Part shown: in pieces, positions 32,130 through 42,013 of the stretch
Layout of the letters: every line of letters starts with the position of its first letter
How positions within the stretch are numbered: position 1 is the stretch's first letter
Assembly (NCBI GenBank): GCA_044376115.1
Contig: JBILLK010000004.1
Coordinates: forward strand, 224,001 to 288,000
Origin: Polyangiaceae bacterium
GTDB taxonomy: Bacteria > Myxococcota_A > Polyangia > Polyangiales > Polyangiaceae
Length of the DNA stretch: 64,000 nt
Direction: 5' to 3'
Notes under the pieces: generated by a model
The model's database searches: none
Seen by the model: the letters and a program-made list of their open reading frames with translations, nothing else
What the model was told of the DNA's origin: nothing
Made by a program: the position numbers and the translations under genes

Positions 32130-35100
32130 TCGACCGAAACGGTCACCGCAGCGGTCCGACCGAACACCTCCGGCGCGTACATCTCCGAAGCATGAGTCGG
32201 CGGGACGATGAACTTGCCCCGCGTGGTAGCGCGGGCGAGGTAGCGATAGCGATAGATGCCGGGAGCCATATCGTCGACGAAGAAGAGTACCCGGTCATCG
32301 CGCACCTCGTTCGTGAAGTAGCTATCGTTCTCCCCGCGCTCCATCGCATCGTCGTCGTCGTCGTCCATACGAGGCCCAGCGAGGTTCATGAGCCGCGACG
32401 AGGTCGTGGAGAGCCGGCTGTCGACCGCCTCGAAACCTGCCGGTAGCGGGTCATCGATCGCGACGAAGGTGCGACTCTTGGGCGTCACGACCACCAGATC
32501 CACGAGCATGAGGTCACCGCCCTTGACGTCGTTCTGCGTGACTTCGGGTACGGTCGCCAACATCTCCGGAAGGTCCTTCATGGTCACGACGCGCAGCTTC
32601 TTCTCGACGAAGAAGCCTCGGTCGAGTGGCGCTTTGGGGAGTTCGCGTCGAGCGTAGCGAAGTCGCGCCTGGTAGTAGAGACGACCTGGCCCATCGGCCA
32701 TAAACGTCATTTGTGTGCCCTTGTTTGCGAACAGGTTCGCGACCGGCATGACCGACTTCTGTTCGGCTAGCGAGCGCCCCTTGAACGTCTGTTCGAACAG
32801 AACGTCATCACCGAAGAACGTGCGGGCGATGAAGTCGGGCTCCTCCGCCTCAAACGCCTTTCGATAGTCCCCGAGGGCGAGCAGCGCCCAAGCGGCTTCC
32901 TGAGTGGTCCGCCACTCCGAGCCGCGACGATCAGCGAGGAGGCCGAGCGCAAGCGGCGTAGCCATCGGGTGCTTGGGATTGGCGCGCAACAAAGAGCTCA
33001 GCACCAAGGCAGAGGTACGTACGTTGGAGTCGAGATAAGGCGCGTAGTCCGAGCCGAGATTCTCGGTGGTGCGAGCAATTGGACCGTCGAGCGATATCTT
33101 CGCTTCCAGCTCCTTGGCGAGTTCGCCAATGTTGGCCGGGTCATTCTTCGAGAGCACCATGGCCGAGAGCAACATCGCCTTCGAGTAGAGCGGCAACTCG
33201 GCACGTTGTTCGAAGAGCAGCGACGCGCGCGCAGCATCAGGTTGACCCATCTCCGCAAGCACCAGCAAGGCGAACGGCCCGGCGCGACGCACTGCTAAAG
33301 CTTTGTCGCCATCGAACAGGTGTTCGAGCGCTTGCTTGGAATCGGCCAACGCGGATGCGGGAACCGGGTAGCCCGCCTTGTTCGCCTGGTTGAGGCCCCA
33401 AGCCGCGTAGATGGTTGCCCACGAGTTCGACTCCGGCGAGTCGGCCCAGAGCCCAAATTCGCCGTTGTAGCGCTGGTGCGCGAGCAGCTTCGCGATCGTC
33501 TTGTTGACCACGTCGTCAAGGTTGGCCGGGACCGCAAAGCCGAAGTCCTTCTGCAGATCCTTCAGAGCGACCAGCGGTACGAGCTTGCTGGTGAGCTGCT
33601 CGGTGCAGCCGTAGGGGTAGTCGAGCAGTTGGCTTCCGCCAGCGTCCAGCCCGACGAGGGCCGTTGAGGACGTCGAGATCGTGAGTTCACCGACATCGTC
33701 CCGTAGCGCCGAGAGATCGCCCAAGCGCTCGGCAGCAGCGCTGTCGGTGTTGCCGTAAAGCGCGACCGCCTCCATCACCGCTGGGGTCATCACCTTGCGA
33801 TTCATCGTCACGCTGTCTGCGCTCGTGTTGGTCTTGGCGTCGAACTTCAGATCGAAGGTCCCGCTGCGCATCGCGACCGCGGGGAACTTCACCTCGGTGC
33901 TTCGGCCGGGCTCCACGTGGATGCGCTTGCTGGTCTCGCCCGAGAGCGTGAGGCCGGTCGCAGTCGCCGATACGTCGACATCCTGCGCATCGGCACCTTT
34001 GACCGAGACGATGGCGGCGGCCTCAAAGCTGTCGCCAGCTCGCAGGAACCGAGGCAGCGCAGGCCGAACCATCAAGGCGCGACTCGAGGTCACGTCGGCC
34101 ATGCCGCTGCCCATCTTGTCATCGGAACCAACGGCCATCGCCATCAGCCTGTACGTGGTCAGCCCGTCGGGAAGCTTGAATTGAACCGTCGCCTGCCCGG
34201 CGTCATCGGTGACGATCGCCGCGTTATAGTAGGCGCTTGCGCGAAAGTCGGACCGAGTTGCGCCACCGGCGCCAGACTCACCGCCGCCGCCGCCCGCAAG
34301 CCCCTTGTCGAGCCCCACCCCGGATAGCGGAGAAAACAAGCTGGCGAAGTCAGAACGCGATTCGAGCGTGGCGACGCGTAGAGCTTGTGGCGCACCAAAG
34401 ACTGCGACCGGATCCGGAAGCTGGTAGCCGACGAGCGAGAGCACACCGAGGTCAGCCGCAATCAGCGTGACCTCGGCCTTTGAGCCCCTGCCCTGCGCGT
34501 CCTTCACCTTCAGCGTGACTCCGAGCTCAGCACCTGGGCTTAGGTTGGTGCTCGACGGAACCACCTCGACGGCGAGCCGGCGAGACTCTTTCTCTACGGA
34601 AAGCTGCGCGTAACCCATGCGATACGCAGGCGCACCGACGTCTGGCTTCAACCAATCGGAGGGTTGTTTCCCAGTGCGCTTCTTGAACACCAACACCGAG
34701 AGATAGACGTTGGGTCGAACGTCTTCCGTTATCGGGACCTCGATCAGGGGGGCTGCGCCCGTGAGCGTTACCCAGCGGCGCGACAGCACGCCCTTACGCT
34801 CGGTTGTCACCAGCGCATCTGCGTTTTTCCAAGGGCTCTTCACGAGCACTTTGGCCTTGTCGCCGACTTTGTAGGTCTCTTTGTCGAGCACCAATTCGAT
34901 CTCGCTGCTGTCGGTTTCCTCGAAGCTCGCGAAGCTGTCTCCGGATTCACCCGTGACATAGACGACGAGTGAAGCTGCGACAGGGTTCTTGCGGGCGTCC
35001 TCCGACGTTGCACGCAAGATGTAGTAGCCAGCATCTTTAGGCGTCAGTTTGCAGCCTACCGGCGTTCTTGCGCTGGTCAGGCTGCACGAACCAACGACCT

Positions 35101-37777
35101 CATCCACCGGCGAAGTAACGGTGGTCACGTTGGCGCCGACTCCCTGTTTGGCCGTGGCCCATTTTCGCTTCATCAGCGATACGCGAACGGGCGCGCCAAC
35201 CGTGCGCTCTCCGCTGGGCGTCACCGCAACGAACTCGGGTGCTAGCACCGTACCGGCGGCAACGAATCGCTCGTTGAGCCGAACTCCCACATAGTGCTCC
35301 GCGGGATGGACGATCGCCGTCGTGCTCGTGGCAATCACTTGCCGGGTTAGGTCGGTGATCTCGAGATCCGCCCGCACTTGCTCGGGGCCGATCTGCCCCG
35401 GCAGTTCGAGCTTGGCCGAGAGCGTCGCGGTGCCGGCCGCATCCAAGGGAACGTCGCTCGAGGTCACCTCGCTGGAGTTCTGGGCTTGATCGCGAAGGTC
35501 CGACTGGTAGCTGTCGTCGCTGGTCGTGAAGTCGCTGTGGTTCGCTGGGGAGAACCAGGTTCTCGAGCGCCCAACCATGGTGTTGGCCTGCGCACCTGCC
35601 ATCGGAGCGCCGTACAGAAAATCTCCGCCGACCGTCCACTTCGCCTGGTCACCGCGGATGTAGCTGGGCCGGTCCGACTCAGCGCGCACCTTGAACTCGG
35701 AGGCACGATACTCAGCCACTTCAAAGCTGTCGTTGGCCACCACGACGTTGCCCAGCGACGCCGAGATTCCGTAGCTGCCCAGACGAGCCGTTTGCGGGAG
35801 AGTGACCGTCGCCGAGAACGTACCGAACGAGCTCAACGTGGCCGACGTCGTTTGCAGCACATCCCCGGACGGGCCTTCCACCGAGACGGCCACAGCCCCA
35901 CTTGATGGGGTCTTCAAACCGACTGCGAGGGCCTCACGAACCACGCCTTTGACCTGCACCTTGTCGCCCGGCCGGTAGATTCCACGGTCATCGAACACGA
36001 GACCAAACGGCTGATCCTCCGAAGCATCGAACGACCAGTTGAGTAGGTTGTCGCTGAGCGGAAAGTAGGCTGTGTCTTCTTTGGTGCGAACGAACACGGC
36101 GCCCTTCTCGTCGTCGAAGTTGGGGACGAATTCACTCTTCGTGAAGAGCACCGTTCCCTCGGCATCCGTCGTTTTGGACAACGTAGGAGCGCCCGGTCGC
36201 CGAATCCGCACTTCGGCTCCGGCGACTGGCTTGGCATCGGAGAGCTGCGTGACGACGAAGAAGCTGCCCTCGCGCGAGAGCTTCGCCGAGATCCCGAGAT
36301 CGGTCACTTGCGCTACGGTCTGGCTGAGCTGCGGCTTTCTCGGATCCCCGTAGCTGGTGATGATGGCGAACGCACCGCGAGCCTTGGGACCACCCAAAAC
36401 CTCATCGAGCGAGACACTGACACGCTCCACGACATTGCGTCGACTGCGTGCGACGGACTTCGCCTTCACGCCTCCGCGCGTCAGCAGCTCGGAGCTCGAA
36501 AGGCTCGAGCTCGCCATCGCGAGCAACGTCTCCTCGTCCAACTTGAACGCCGAATACGAAACGTCGCTGGCGTTGACATGCCCGATCTGCACCTCACGTT
36601 TCGCCGTCGGTTCGAGCACGCCGTTCGTCAACCCGACCCGGACCATCGGCTCCACGTCCGCGAAGCTGACCGACTGCGAGACCGATGCGGCGAGCGCTTG
36701 TTGGTAGGTATCGACCAGCGGCGTGCCCACCGTCACCTTGTAAGTCTGCCCCGGGGCGAACTTCCCCTCGAGATCCAGGCCCGTGACGAACTCGTCGTCC
36801 GCCAGGTACGAAGGCACCTTGAGCTTGAGCCCGGGCTGAATCGACACAGCTTCGCGGGCAGCTTTGACTTTGACCGGGTTGGTGAACTCGACGGTGATGT
36901 CTGCGCCGCTTGGACATGCCGTCGCGTTGCGGTTCCACGAGCAACCAATCGAGGAGACCGCAAGCGGACCATAGGTGTGGAATTCGAACGAATTAGCCTT
37001 TTCTGACGGCAGCTTGCCCTCCAAGCCGACAAGGCCTTTGCGTGAATCCAAGGAGATCTTCGCGTCGAGAGGCAACGGCGCTTTGGGCTTCACCCGGAAC
37101 AGCTTGTCGTTATCGGTTGAAACCAGCTCCACGCTGAAGGGCACTGGACTCCCCGCCGCCGATAGCGAGAGGTTCGCCTCGAGCGCCTGCTTGGAGACGG
37201 GCTGGGAGAGGTAGACATCAAACGTCGTATCGGGCGTCAAACCGCGCGCTTGGTGATAGGGCGTCGTCGACTCGATGCGCGGTCGCGAGGTCTCGAACGT
37301 GAAGCTGTGGTCGGCAGCCAACTCGTCCCCCGAGAGCGCCTTCGTTCCTTTTGGAACGGTCACGGTGAACGCTGTAGCGTGCGGCAAGCGATACGAACCG
37401 CCTCCGCCAGGCTTCGCCGGAATGAAGGAGAGAGCACGCGAGCCCGTCCACTGCCACTGGCCCGGCACCGCCGGCTCGATTCGGATCGGCGGTAAGGCCG
37501 CATTGGTGGCGTCTCCGAGTTCGCGCATCGAACGATTGAAGAGAATCGTGACTTCCGCGGGACCGCTCACCTGGCCGGTCGGCGAAGAGTAAACCACCTC
37601 GAGTGGCCCGCTCTCGTTCTCCTCCAGCGCCAACTCGCGCAGCCCCAAAACACCCTTGGGCGCAACGTCCGGCACCTGCGGTCCCGGAAGGCAGGAGAAA
37701 ACCAGGACGTTGAGAGCGAAAAGGCCAAAGACGATCCGACCGCCGTTGGAACGCTTTAAAGATCTGAAGGGCGCCAT
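32126..37777 (-). CDS. bacterial alpha-2-macroglobulin lipoprotein
   Basis: About 1880 aa; lipobox VFSC; DRGIYRPGD, LPDGLTTYR, thioester motif PYGCTEQ, EMYAPE; start 37777-37795. Confidence 0.95.
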   Translation of the reverse strand: MAPFRSLKRSNGGRIVFGLFALNVLVFSCLPGPQVPDVAPKGVLGLRELALEENESGPLEVVYSSPTGQVSGPAEVTILFNRSMRELGDATNAALPPIRIEPAVPGQWQWTGSRALSFIPAKPGGGGSYRLPHATAFTVTVPKGTKALSGDELAADHSFTFETSRPRIESTTPYHQARGLTPDTTFDVYLSQPVSKQALEANLSLSAAGSPVPFSVELVSTDNDKLFRVKPKAPLPLDAKISLDSRKGLVGLEGKLPSEKANSFEFHTYGPLAVSSIGCSWNRNATACPSGADITVEFTNPVKVKAAREAVSIQPGLKLKVPSYLADDEFVTGLDLEGKFAPGQTYKVTVGTPLVDTYQQALAASVSQSVSFADVEPMVRVGLTNGVLEPTAKREVQIGHVNASDVSYSAFKLDEETLLAMASSSLSSSELLTRGGVKAKSVARSRRNVVERVSVSLDEVLGGPKARGAFAIITSYGDPRKPQLSQTVAQVTDLGISAKLSREGSFFVVTQLSDAKPVAGAEVRIRRPGAPTLSKTTDAEGTVLFTKSEFVPNFDDEKGAVFVRTKEDTAYFPLSDNLLNWSFDASEDQPFGLVFDDRGIYRPGDKVQVKGVVREALAVGLKTPSSGAVAVSVEGPSGDVLQTTSATLSSFGTFSATVTLPQTARLGSYGISASLGNVVVANDSFEVAEYRASEFKVRAESDRPSYIRGDQAKWTVGGDFLYGAPMAGAQANTMVGRSRTWFSPANHSDFTTSDDSYQSDLRDQAQNSSEVTSSDVPLDAAGTATLSAKLELPGQIGPEQVRADLEITDLTRQVIATSTTAIVHPAEHYVGVRLNERFVAAGTVLAPEFVAVTPSGERTVGAPVRVSLMKRKWATAKQGVGANVTTVTSPVDEVVGSCSLTSARTPVGCKLTPKDAGYYILRATSEDARKNPVAASLVVYVTGESGDSFASFEETDSSEIELVLDKETYKVGDKAKVLVKSPWKNADALVTTERKGVLSRRWVTLTGAAPLIEVPITEDVRPNVYLSVLVFKKRTGKQPSDWLKPDVGAPAYRMGYAQLSVEKESRRLAVEVVPSSTNLSPGAELGVTLKVKDAQGRGSKAEVTLIAADLGVLSLVGYQLPDPVAVFGAPQALRVATLESRSDFASLFSPLSGVGLDKGLAGGGGGESGAGGATRSDFRASAYYNAAIVTDDAGQATVQFKLPDGLTTYRLMAMAVGSDDKMGSGMADVTSSRALMVRPALPRFLRAGDSFEAAAIVSVKGADAQDVDVSATATGLTLSGETSKRIHVEPGRSTEVKFPAVAMRSGTFDLKFDAKTNTSADSVTMNRKVMTPAVMEAVALYGNTDSAAAERLGDLSALRDDVGELTISTSSTALVGLDAGGSQLLDYPYGCTEQLTSKLVPLVALKDLQKDFGFAVPANLDDVVNKTIAKLLAHQRYNGEFGLWADSPESNSWATIYAAWGLNQANKAGYPVPASALADSKQALEHLFDGDKALAVRRAGPFALLVLAEMGQPDAARASLLFEQRAELPLYSKAMLLSAMVLSKNDPANIGELAKELEAKISLDGPIARTTENLGSDYAPYLDSNVRTSALVLSSLLRANPKHPMATPLALGLLADRRGSEWRTTQEAAWALLALGDYRKAFEAEEPDFIARTFFGDDVLFEQTFKGRSLAEQKSVMPVANLFANKGTQMTFMADGPGRLYYQARLRYARRELPKAPLDRGFFVEKKLRVVTMKDLPEMLATVPEVTQNDVKGGDLMLVDLVVVTPKSRTFVAIDDPLPAGFEAVDSRLSTTSSRLMNLAGPRMDDDDDDAMERGENDSYFTNEVRDDRVLFFVDDMAPGIYRYRYLARATTRGKFIVPPTHASEMYAPEVFGRTAAVTVSVE

Positions 37778-37925
37778 TACGGCGCACTTGAGCAAGATCG
37801 GGACCCCAGAGCAACAGGTTCGTTCGTGCGTTCAGTCTCGCGCCTCGAGCATCACCGCTTTGTGCGATGTGTCTCGCTGGCCACGCGGCGTGGGCTGAAC
37901 GACACGCATGGCTCGACGCCAGGAC

Positions 37926-38798
37926 TCAACCGCGCGGATGGGTCTTGGCGTGGACGCGGGCCACGTGATCGTCGGCGAGGTGGGTGTAGATCTCGGTAGT
38001 GGCAATGTTTGCGTGGCCGAGCATGGCTTGCACGCTACGCAAGTCCGCCCCACCCGCGAGCAAGTGCGTGGCGAAGCTGTGCCGCAATTTATGGGGAGAG
38101 CTGTTCTTGGTTACGCCGGCGCCGAGCGCGTAGCTGCGAAGAAACTTGAAGACCGCCTGGCGTGAAAGCCCCTTGCCTCGGCGTGCGACGAACACGAAGC
38201 GGCTCGGCTCACCGCGGGCTTCCCGCTGCAGCAGGTACGCGTCGAGCGCCTGCAAAGCCGCCTCAGCGACTGGCACCATCCGCCGTTTGCCACCCTTGCC
38301 GAGAGGGATGACGATGCCGCGCTTGCGATCCACCTGCTCCAAGAGCAAGCCGCAGAGTTCGCTCACGCGCAGGCCGCTCGAGTAGAGCAGCAGGATCATT
38401 GCGCGGTCTCGCGTGGCCTTGAACGAGTCACCTTGGATCGACGCGAGGATGCCCGAGATGTCGACGGGAGCTAGCACCTGCGGCAGCTTCTTCGGCAGCC
38501 GTGGTCGTTCCGAAAGCTGCGTTGGATCAGCCTGCAACAGCCGCTCACGGACGAGGAACTTGCAGAAGCCACGAACGGCTGAAAGCCGCCGAGCGACACT
38601 CCGGGCTGAGCGACCGTCTGCTCGCAAAAAGGAGGCGATGCTCTCGAAGCGCAGCTGCTCTAGGAGGACGCCGGTCTGCTCCAAATGCGTCAAGAACGCC
38701 GCTAGGTCAGTGCCGTAGGCAACGAGTGAAAGCGGCGCTAGCCCACGCTCAACGCGCAGGTGGTCCAGATAGGCCTCAAGCCAGCCGCCGGGGGTCAC
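37926..38798 (-). CDS. xerD: tyrosine recombinase XerD-type
   Basis: LRVERGL, SGLRVSEL, GKGGKRR, HKLRHSFATH, GADLRSVQ, LGHA..TTEIYTH. Confidence 0.88.
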   Translation of the reverse strand: MTPGGWLEAYLDHLRVERGLAPLSLVAYGTDLAAFLTHLEQTGVLLEQLRFESIASFLRADGRSARSVARRLSAVRGFCKFLVRERLLQADPTQLSERPRLPKKLPQVLAPVDISGILASIQGDSFKATRDRAMILLLYSSGLRVSELCGLLLEQVDRKRGIVIPLGKGGKRRMVPVAEAALQALDAYLLQREARGEPSRFVFVARRGKGLSRQAVFKFLRSYALGAGVTKNSSPHKLRHSFATHLLAGGADLRSVQAMLGHANIATTEIYTHLADDHVARVHAKTHPRG

Positions 38799-39052
38799 AG
38801 CAGCAGCATCCCATGAACCGAGGGTGCGCCCAAATGACTCGCAACGCCCTCCGTCTTGGATAGGAGCCAGAGACGGCGTTTGCGGCTTAGCCTGTGGCGA
38901 TTCCTAAGTCCCAAATGCAAGAAGGCCCGCGACGCGCAGTCACGAGCCTTGTTGCTGGGCGAACAGCCCACGAATTCCACCAGAGGTGGGCGGCCGCGGC
39001 CTAACCTACGTGCCTCAAGCAACTGCCTACGCTGTGCTTGAGACTCGAGAGA

Positions 39053-39277
39053 CTAGAGCTTCTTGCCAAAACGACGTGCGTACTCGGTGATGCCGATCTT
39101 GTCGATCGTCCGAATGTCACGCGTGGTGAGCTTGAGGGAGATGAAACGCCCCTCCTCGGGAATGAACACCCGACGCTCCTGAATGTTGACGTTCTGCCAA
39201 CGCTTCGTCTTGATGTTGGAGTGGGAGACGTTTTGCGCGAGCAGCTTGCGCTTACCTGTGATGTCACTCTTAGCCAT
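39053..39277 (-). CDS. rpmB: 50S ribosomal protein L28
   Basis: ITGK..NVSHSNIKTKR..NIQ..RTIDKIGI; N-terminal Cys absent (MAKSDITGK). Confidence 0.96.
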   Translation of the reverse strand: MAKSDITGKRKLLAQNVSHSNIKTKRWQNVNIQERRVFIPEEGRFISLKLTTRDIRTIDKIGITEYARRFGKKL

Positions 39278-39302
39278 GGCTAGCCTCGGAAAATGGGGGC
39301 GA

Positions 39303-39331
39303 ACGGTGCCCTACGGAAAAGGGTTTGTCAA
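39303..39331 (-). promoter_or_regulatory. sigma70-type promoter of rpmB
   Basis: Minus strand TTGACA-N17-CACCGT. Confidence 0.6.
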
Positions 39332-39347
39332 GCACTCACCTACTGCC

Positions 39348-40178
39348 CTAAGGACAAAAGGCTGCGAGTGAACGAACAAGTTCTCGGGCAAGACCGCGAG
39401 TGCGATCGAACCCTTGGTTCGGAATGAGCAGGTCTTCATCCATATAGAGCCGCCGGGCAAGCTCGATTTGAATGGCGTGTTGACCTTGTCCCGGCCGGCC
39501 GTAGTGCCCCGTGGAAAACCCGCCGCGGTACGGGTCGTCGTGCTTCACCGAGAAACCCAGCCTTCGCGACACGGCATCGACACAATCAATCACACCGTCG
39601 GATGCCGACGTCCGGCCGCGGCTGCCAGGGACGACGTCGGCCCTCCCCGAACCCACGTCGATGTGCCCTCGCCTGCCCGTGCTTGGCATCGAGTGGGCGC
39701 ACAACACGATCGCAAAGCCGAATCGCTCGCGCTTGCGGTCAAGCTCGTGCTGGAACGCCTCATGGTAGGGCCGGTAGAAGGTCGCCAACCGCCGCTCAAA
39801 CTCGTGGCTTGAGAGGCGTCGGAGCAAGATCGGATCGTTCTCGGTCGTGGTGCGCCAAATCAACCCACGCGGCTGCGGTTGCGCGCTACCGTTTTCCACC
39901 GCCATACCGTCGACTTCACCGGGACCTCGATTGAGATCCACGACGAACCGGCTGTGCGTCGCGACGAGCAAACTAGCCCCGAGATCGGGGGCATCTTGAA
40001 ACAGTTGATCGACGAGCAGGTCGGCGTCCCGGCCGACGGCCCGCAGTGGCGCGCAACTGACGGCGAGTGAGGCGGGATCAACATGCAGGCCAGCGTGTGG
40101 AACCTCCACCAAGAGCGGCGACTCATCCGCGCTCGGTCGCTCGAGGCGAAACGGAGCCACAGCTCCGAATTCAGCCAT
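39348..40178 (-). CDS. N-formylglutamate amidohydrolase family
   Basis: VPHAG, D..VDQLF, SRFVVDLNR, YRPYH, AHSMPS, PYRGG, AIQIELARRLYMDE; start MAEFG overlaps the upstream stop. Confidence 0.92.
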   Translation of the reverse strand: MAEFGAVAPFRLERPSADESPLLVEVPHAGLHVDPASLAVSCAPLRAVGRDADLLVDQLFQDAPDLGASLLVATHSRFVVDLNRGPGEVDGMAVENGSAQPQPRGLIWRTTTENDPILLRRLSSHEFERRLATFYRPYHEAFQHELDRKRERFGFAIVLCAHSMPSTGRRGHIDVGSGRADVVPGSRGRTSASDGVIDCVDAVSRRLGFSVKHDDPYRGGFSTGHYGRPGQGQHAIQIELARRLYMDEDLLIPNQGFDRTRGLARELVRSLAAFCP

Positions 40179-41217
40179 CCTGCCCTGCCTGCGCGGCTTC
40201 TGTCGAACGAAGCCGAGACGCGCCAGCCTCGGTTGCGATGACGGAGGCTGCCGAGTCACGGCCGAGCAGCCGCAAGCCCTCGGCCAAGCTCGTGGACTCG
40301 AGCAATCCGCCGATCGAGTTCGGAAAGGACCGGCCCGGATACGCCAAAGCGACACGCGCAGCCGGCCCACCGTCGACCGTTAACAAGGTGGAGGGGACGC
40401 CAAACACAGCGCCCGCTGGACGCCTGGTTTCACCCCGACGAGGCGGCGGCGCCGAGAGCGGCCATGCAATGCCGAGATCTTCCAACAAGAGCATGCGCTC
40501 CTCGAAGGAAGCATGCCCAACGAACAGCGCGCCAGCTGCGACCATGCCACGGCTGTCCACCGCGACGATGGTCTCCACCTCGGAACTCAAACCCAGCGCG
40601 CTGTCTTCCGTTGCAAACGGCTCGCGCGCGGCGAGGAAACGCGTGCCTTCGAGCGTGGTACCGGAGACGCCGAGCGCCTCCCCTTGCCCCGGCTCGAGCT
40701 CAAAGTCCTCTTCCGTCACCGAGCCACCAGCAACCTTGCCGACGCTGGCCAAGATCGGCTCGCGCATCGTCCAGAGCGCAGAAGCGCCATGTGAAAGCAC
40801 CCGCTCGAGAGTTCGCTTGCGGGCGTCATCACCGTTCTCACGAGCAACGCGTACCCCCGATTGAATCGTGCGAGTGAGGCTGCGGTTGCCGAAGCTCGCA
40901 ATCAGCAGCAGTACGGCACCGAGCGAGCGAGGAACGGCAGCGCGCGTAGCGAGCGAAGGGATCTCCTCCGGTCGCAGCCCACGACTGCGAGTGCCGTTTT
41001 TTCCGGGCTGAGCGGTGCGCCCATCGAACACGCGACCCACGGCCGACGGCCCTCCGACCAACGCGACGAAGGGGGCGCAAAGGGCCTCTGGCCGACCGCC
41101 GGCGAGGGCGAAAAACCCCGCGGCTACAGCGTCCGCCGCCGTTCCGCGGTCTGCCAACGCTTCTTCCGCAGCAACCTCCGCCAGCTTGTTGGAAGCGGCG
41201 GCATCGAAGTTCTTCAC
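40171..41217 (-). CDS. shortened gamma-glutamyltranspeptidase-like protein, probably non-catalytic
   Basis: GTAADAVAA, FDGRTAQP, AAVP and FG.RSL match the GGT large subunit; IVAVDSRG matches the small-subunit start but the nucleophile Thr is not evident. Confidence 0.65.
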   Translation of the reverse strand: MKNFDAAASNKLAEVAAEEALADRGTAADAVAAGFFALAGGRPEALCAPFVALVGGPSAVGRVFDGRTAQPGKNGTRSRGLRPEEIPSLATRAAVPRSLGAVLLLIASFGNRSLTRTIQSGVRVARENGDDARKRTLERVLSHGASALWTMREPILASVGKVAGGSVTEEDFELEPGQGEALGVSGTTLEGTRFLAAREPFATEDSALGLSSEVETIVAVDSRGMVAAGALFVGHASFEERMLLLEDLGIAWPLSAPPPRRGETRRPAGAVFGVPSTLLTVDGGPAARVALAYPGRSFPNSIGGLLESTSLAEGLRLLGRDSAASVIATEAGASRLRSTEAAQAGQDG

Positions 41218-41930
41218 TGTTCCTCGTCCTCAGCGCGCAGCCGGCCGGGAGCAGGACGCACGACAATCGGCGCTTCCTTTGGTCCGGAGCGGGCCATCGC
41301 GTTTTCGATATCGCTCTTGAGCCTGAGAGCGCTGCCCTTGTGCTCTGCAACGACCCAAGCCTCACGGCGCCCCATCAGCTGCTCGCCCAAACGGCTGATC
41401 ACACTCTGGCTGATCTTTGACTGACCCCCAAGCGCACGCAGCCGCGTGTAAACGAGCGGGCCGCCGGCGACCAACGTCTGACCAGCGTCAAACACAGGCA
41501 TCACGCCAAGAGTCTTTGCAACCGACATCACCTCGCGTCGCTCCCACAGGCCTTGCGCTTCCCAGGCGAGAGAGGCGCCGGCTTTGGGCAGCCGACCGAC
41601 CACCGCTTTGAGCCGCTCCACCGTTTGCGTGGTTGGGCGCACGTCGGTGGGCGTGGAGAGCAGAATCACCCGCGCCTCGAGCGTGGTCGCAACCGTGAGC
41701 GCGCTGTCGAGCGCCGCATCCATCTCCTTGCTCATCGCCAGCGAACCAACGATCGGCGGCAACACCACGCTGAAGGTGAAGCTTGGGTGCGTCGCCTTTC
41801 GCCAGGCGCGCAGCGTTGCAGGCTTGGGCAAAGCCGAGGGATTGGGACGCAGCTCGACCATGTCGAACTTGGACGCGTACTTCGCAATGTCCGAGCCTAG
41901 ATCGGAGAGGCCAACTTGAACGCGAACCAT
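41214..41930 (-). CDS. DUF72 (YecE-like) TIM-barrel protein, divergent
   Basis: Y..KFDMVE, WR.A...FTFS, WE..G.W, YTRL patterns. Confidence 0.75.
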   Translation of the reverse strand: MVRVQVGLSDLGSDIAKYASKFDMVELRPNPSALPKPATLRAWRKATHPSFTFSVVLPPIVGSLAMSKEMDAALDSALTVATTLEARVILLSTPTDVRPTTQTVERLKAVVGRLPKAGASLAWEAQGLWERREVMSVAKTLGVMPVFDAGQTLVAGGPLVYTRLRALGGQSKISQSVISRLGEQLMGRREAWVVAEHKGSALRLKSDIENAMARSGPKEAPIVVRPAPGRLRAEDEEQ

Positions 41931-42013
41931 GTGTCAGCGCCCCTTACCGTATGTCATGCGCGAAGAATAGCGAACCACGTGCTCAACCTCTCTCCTCCGC
42001 TGAAAGCGGCCTA

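Noticed and set aside
37926..38798. Tyrosine recombinase as a prophage or island integrase
   Set aside because: XerD-type size and motifs, housekeeping neighbours, and no att duplication or cargo
38822..38850. GGTGCGC.. upstream of xerD as a dif site
   Set aside because: Lacks the TTATGTTAAA XerD arm and the AT-rich core
38795..39022. 75-aa ORF overlapping the xerD start
   Set aside because: TTG start, Arg-rich composition typical of non-coding frames, and it crosses hairpins
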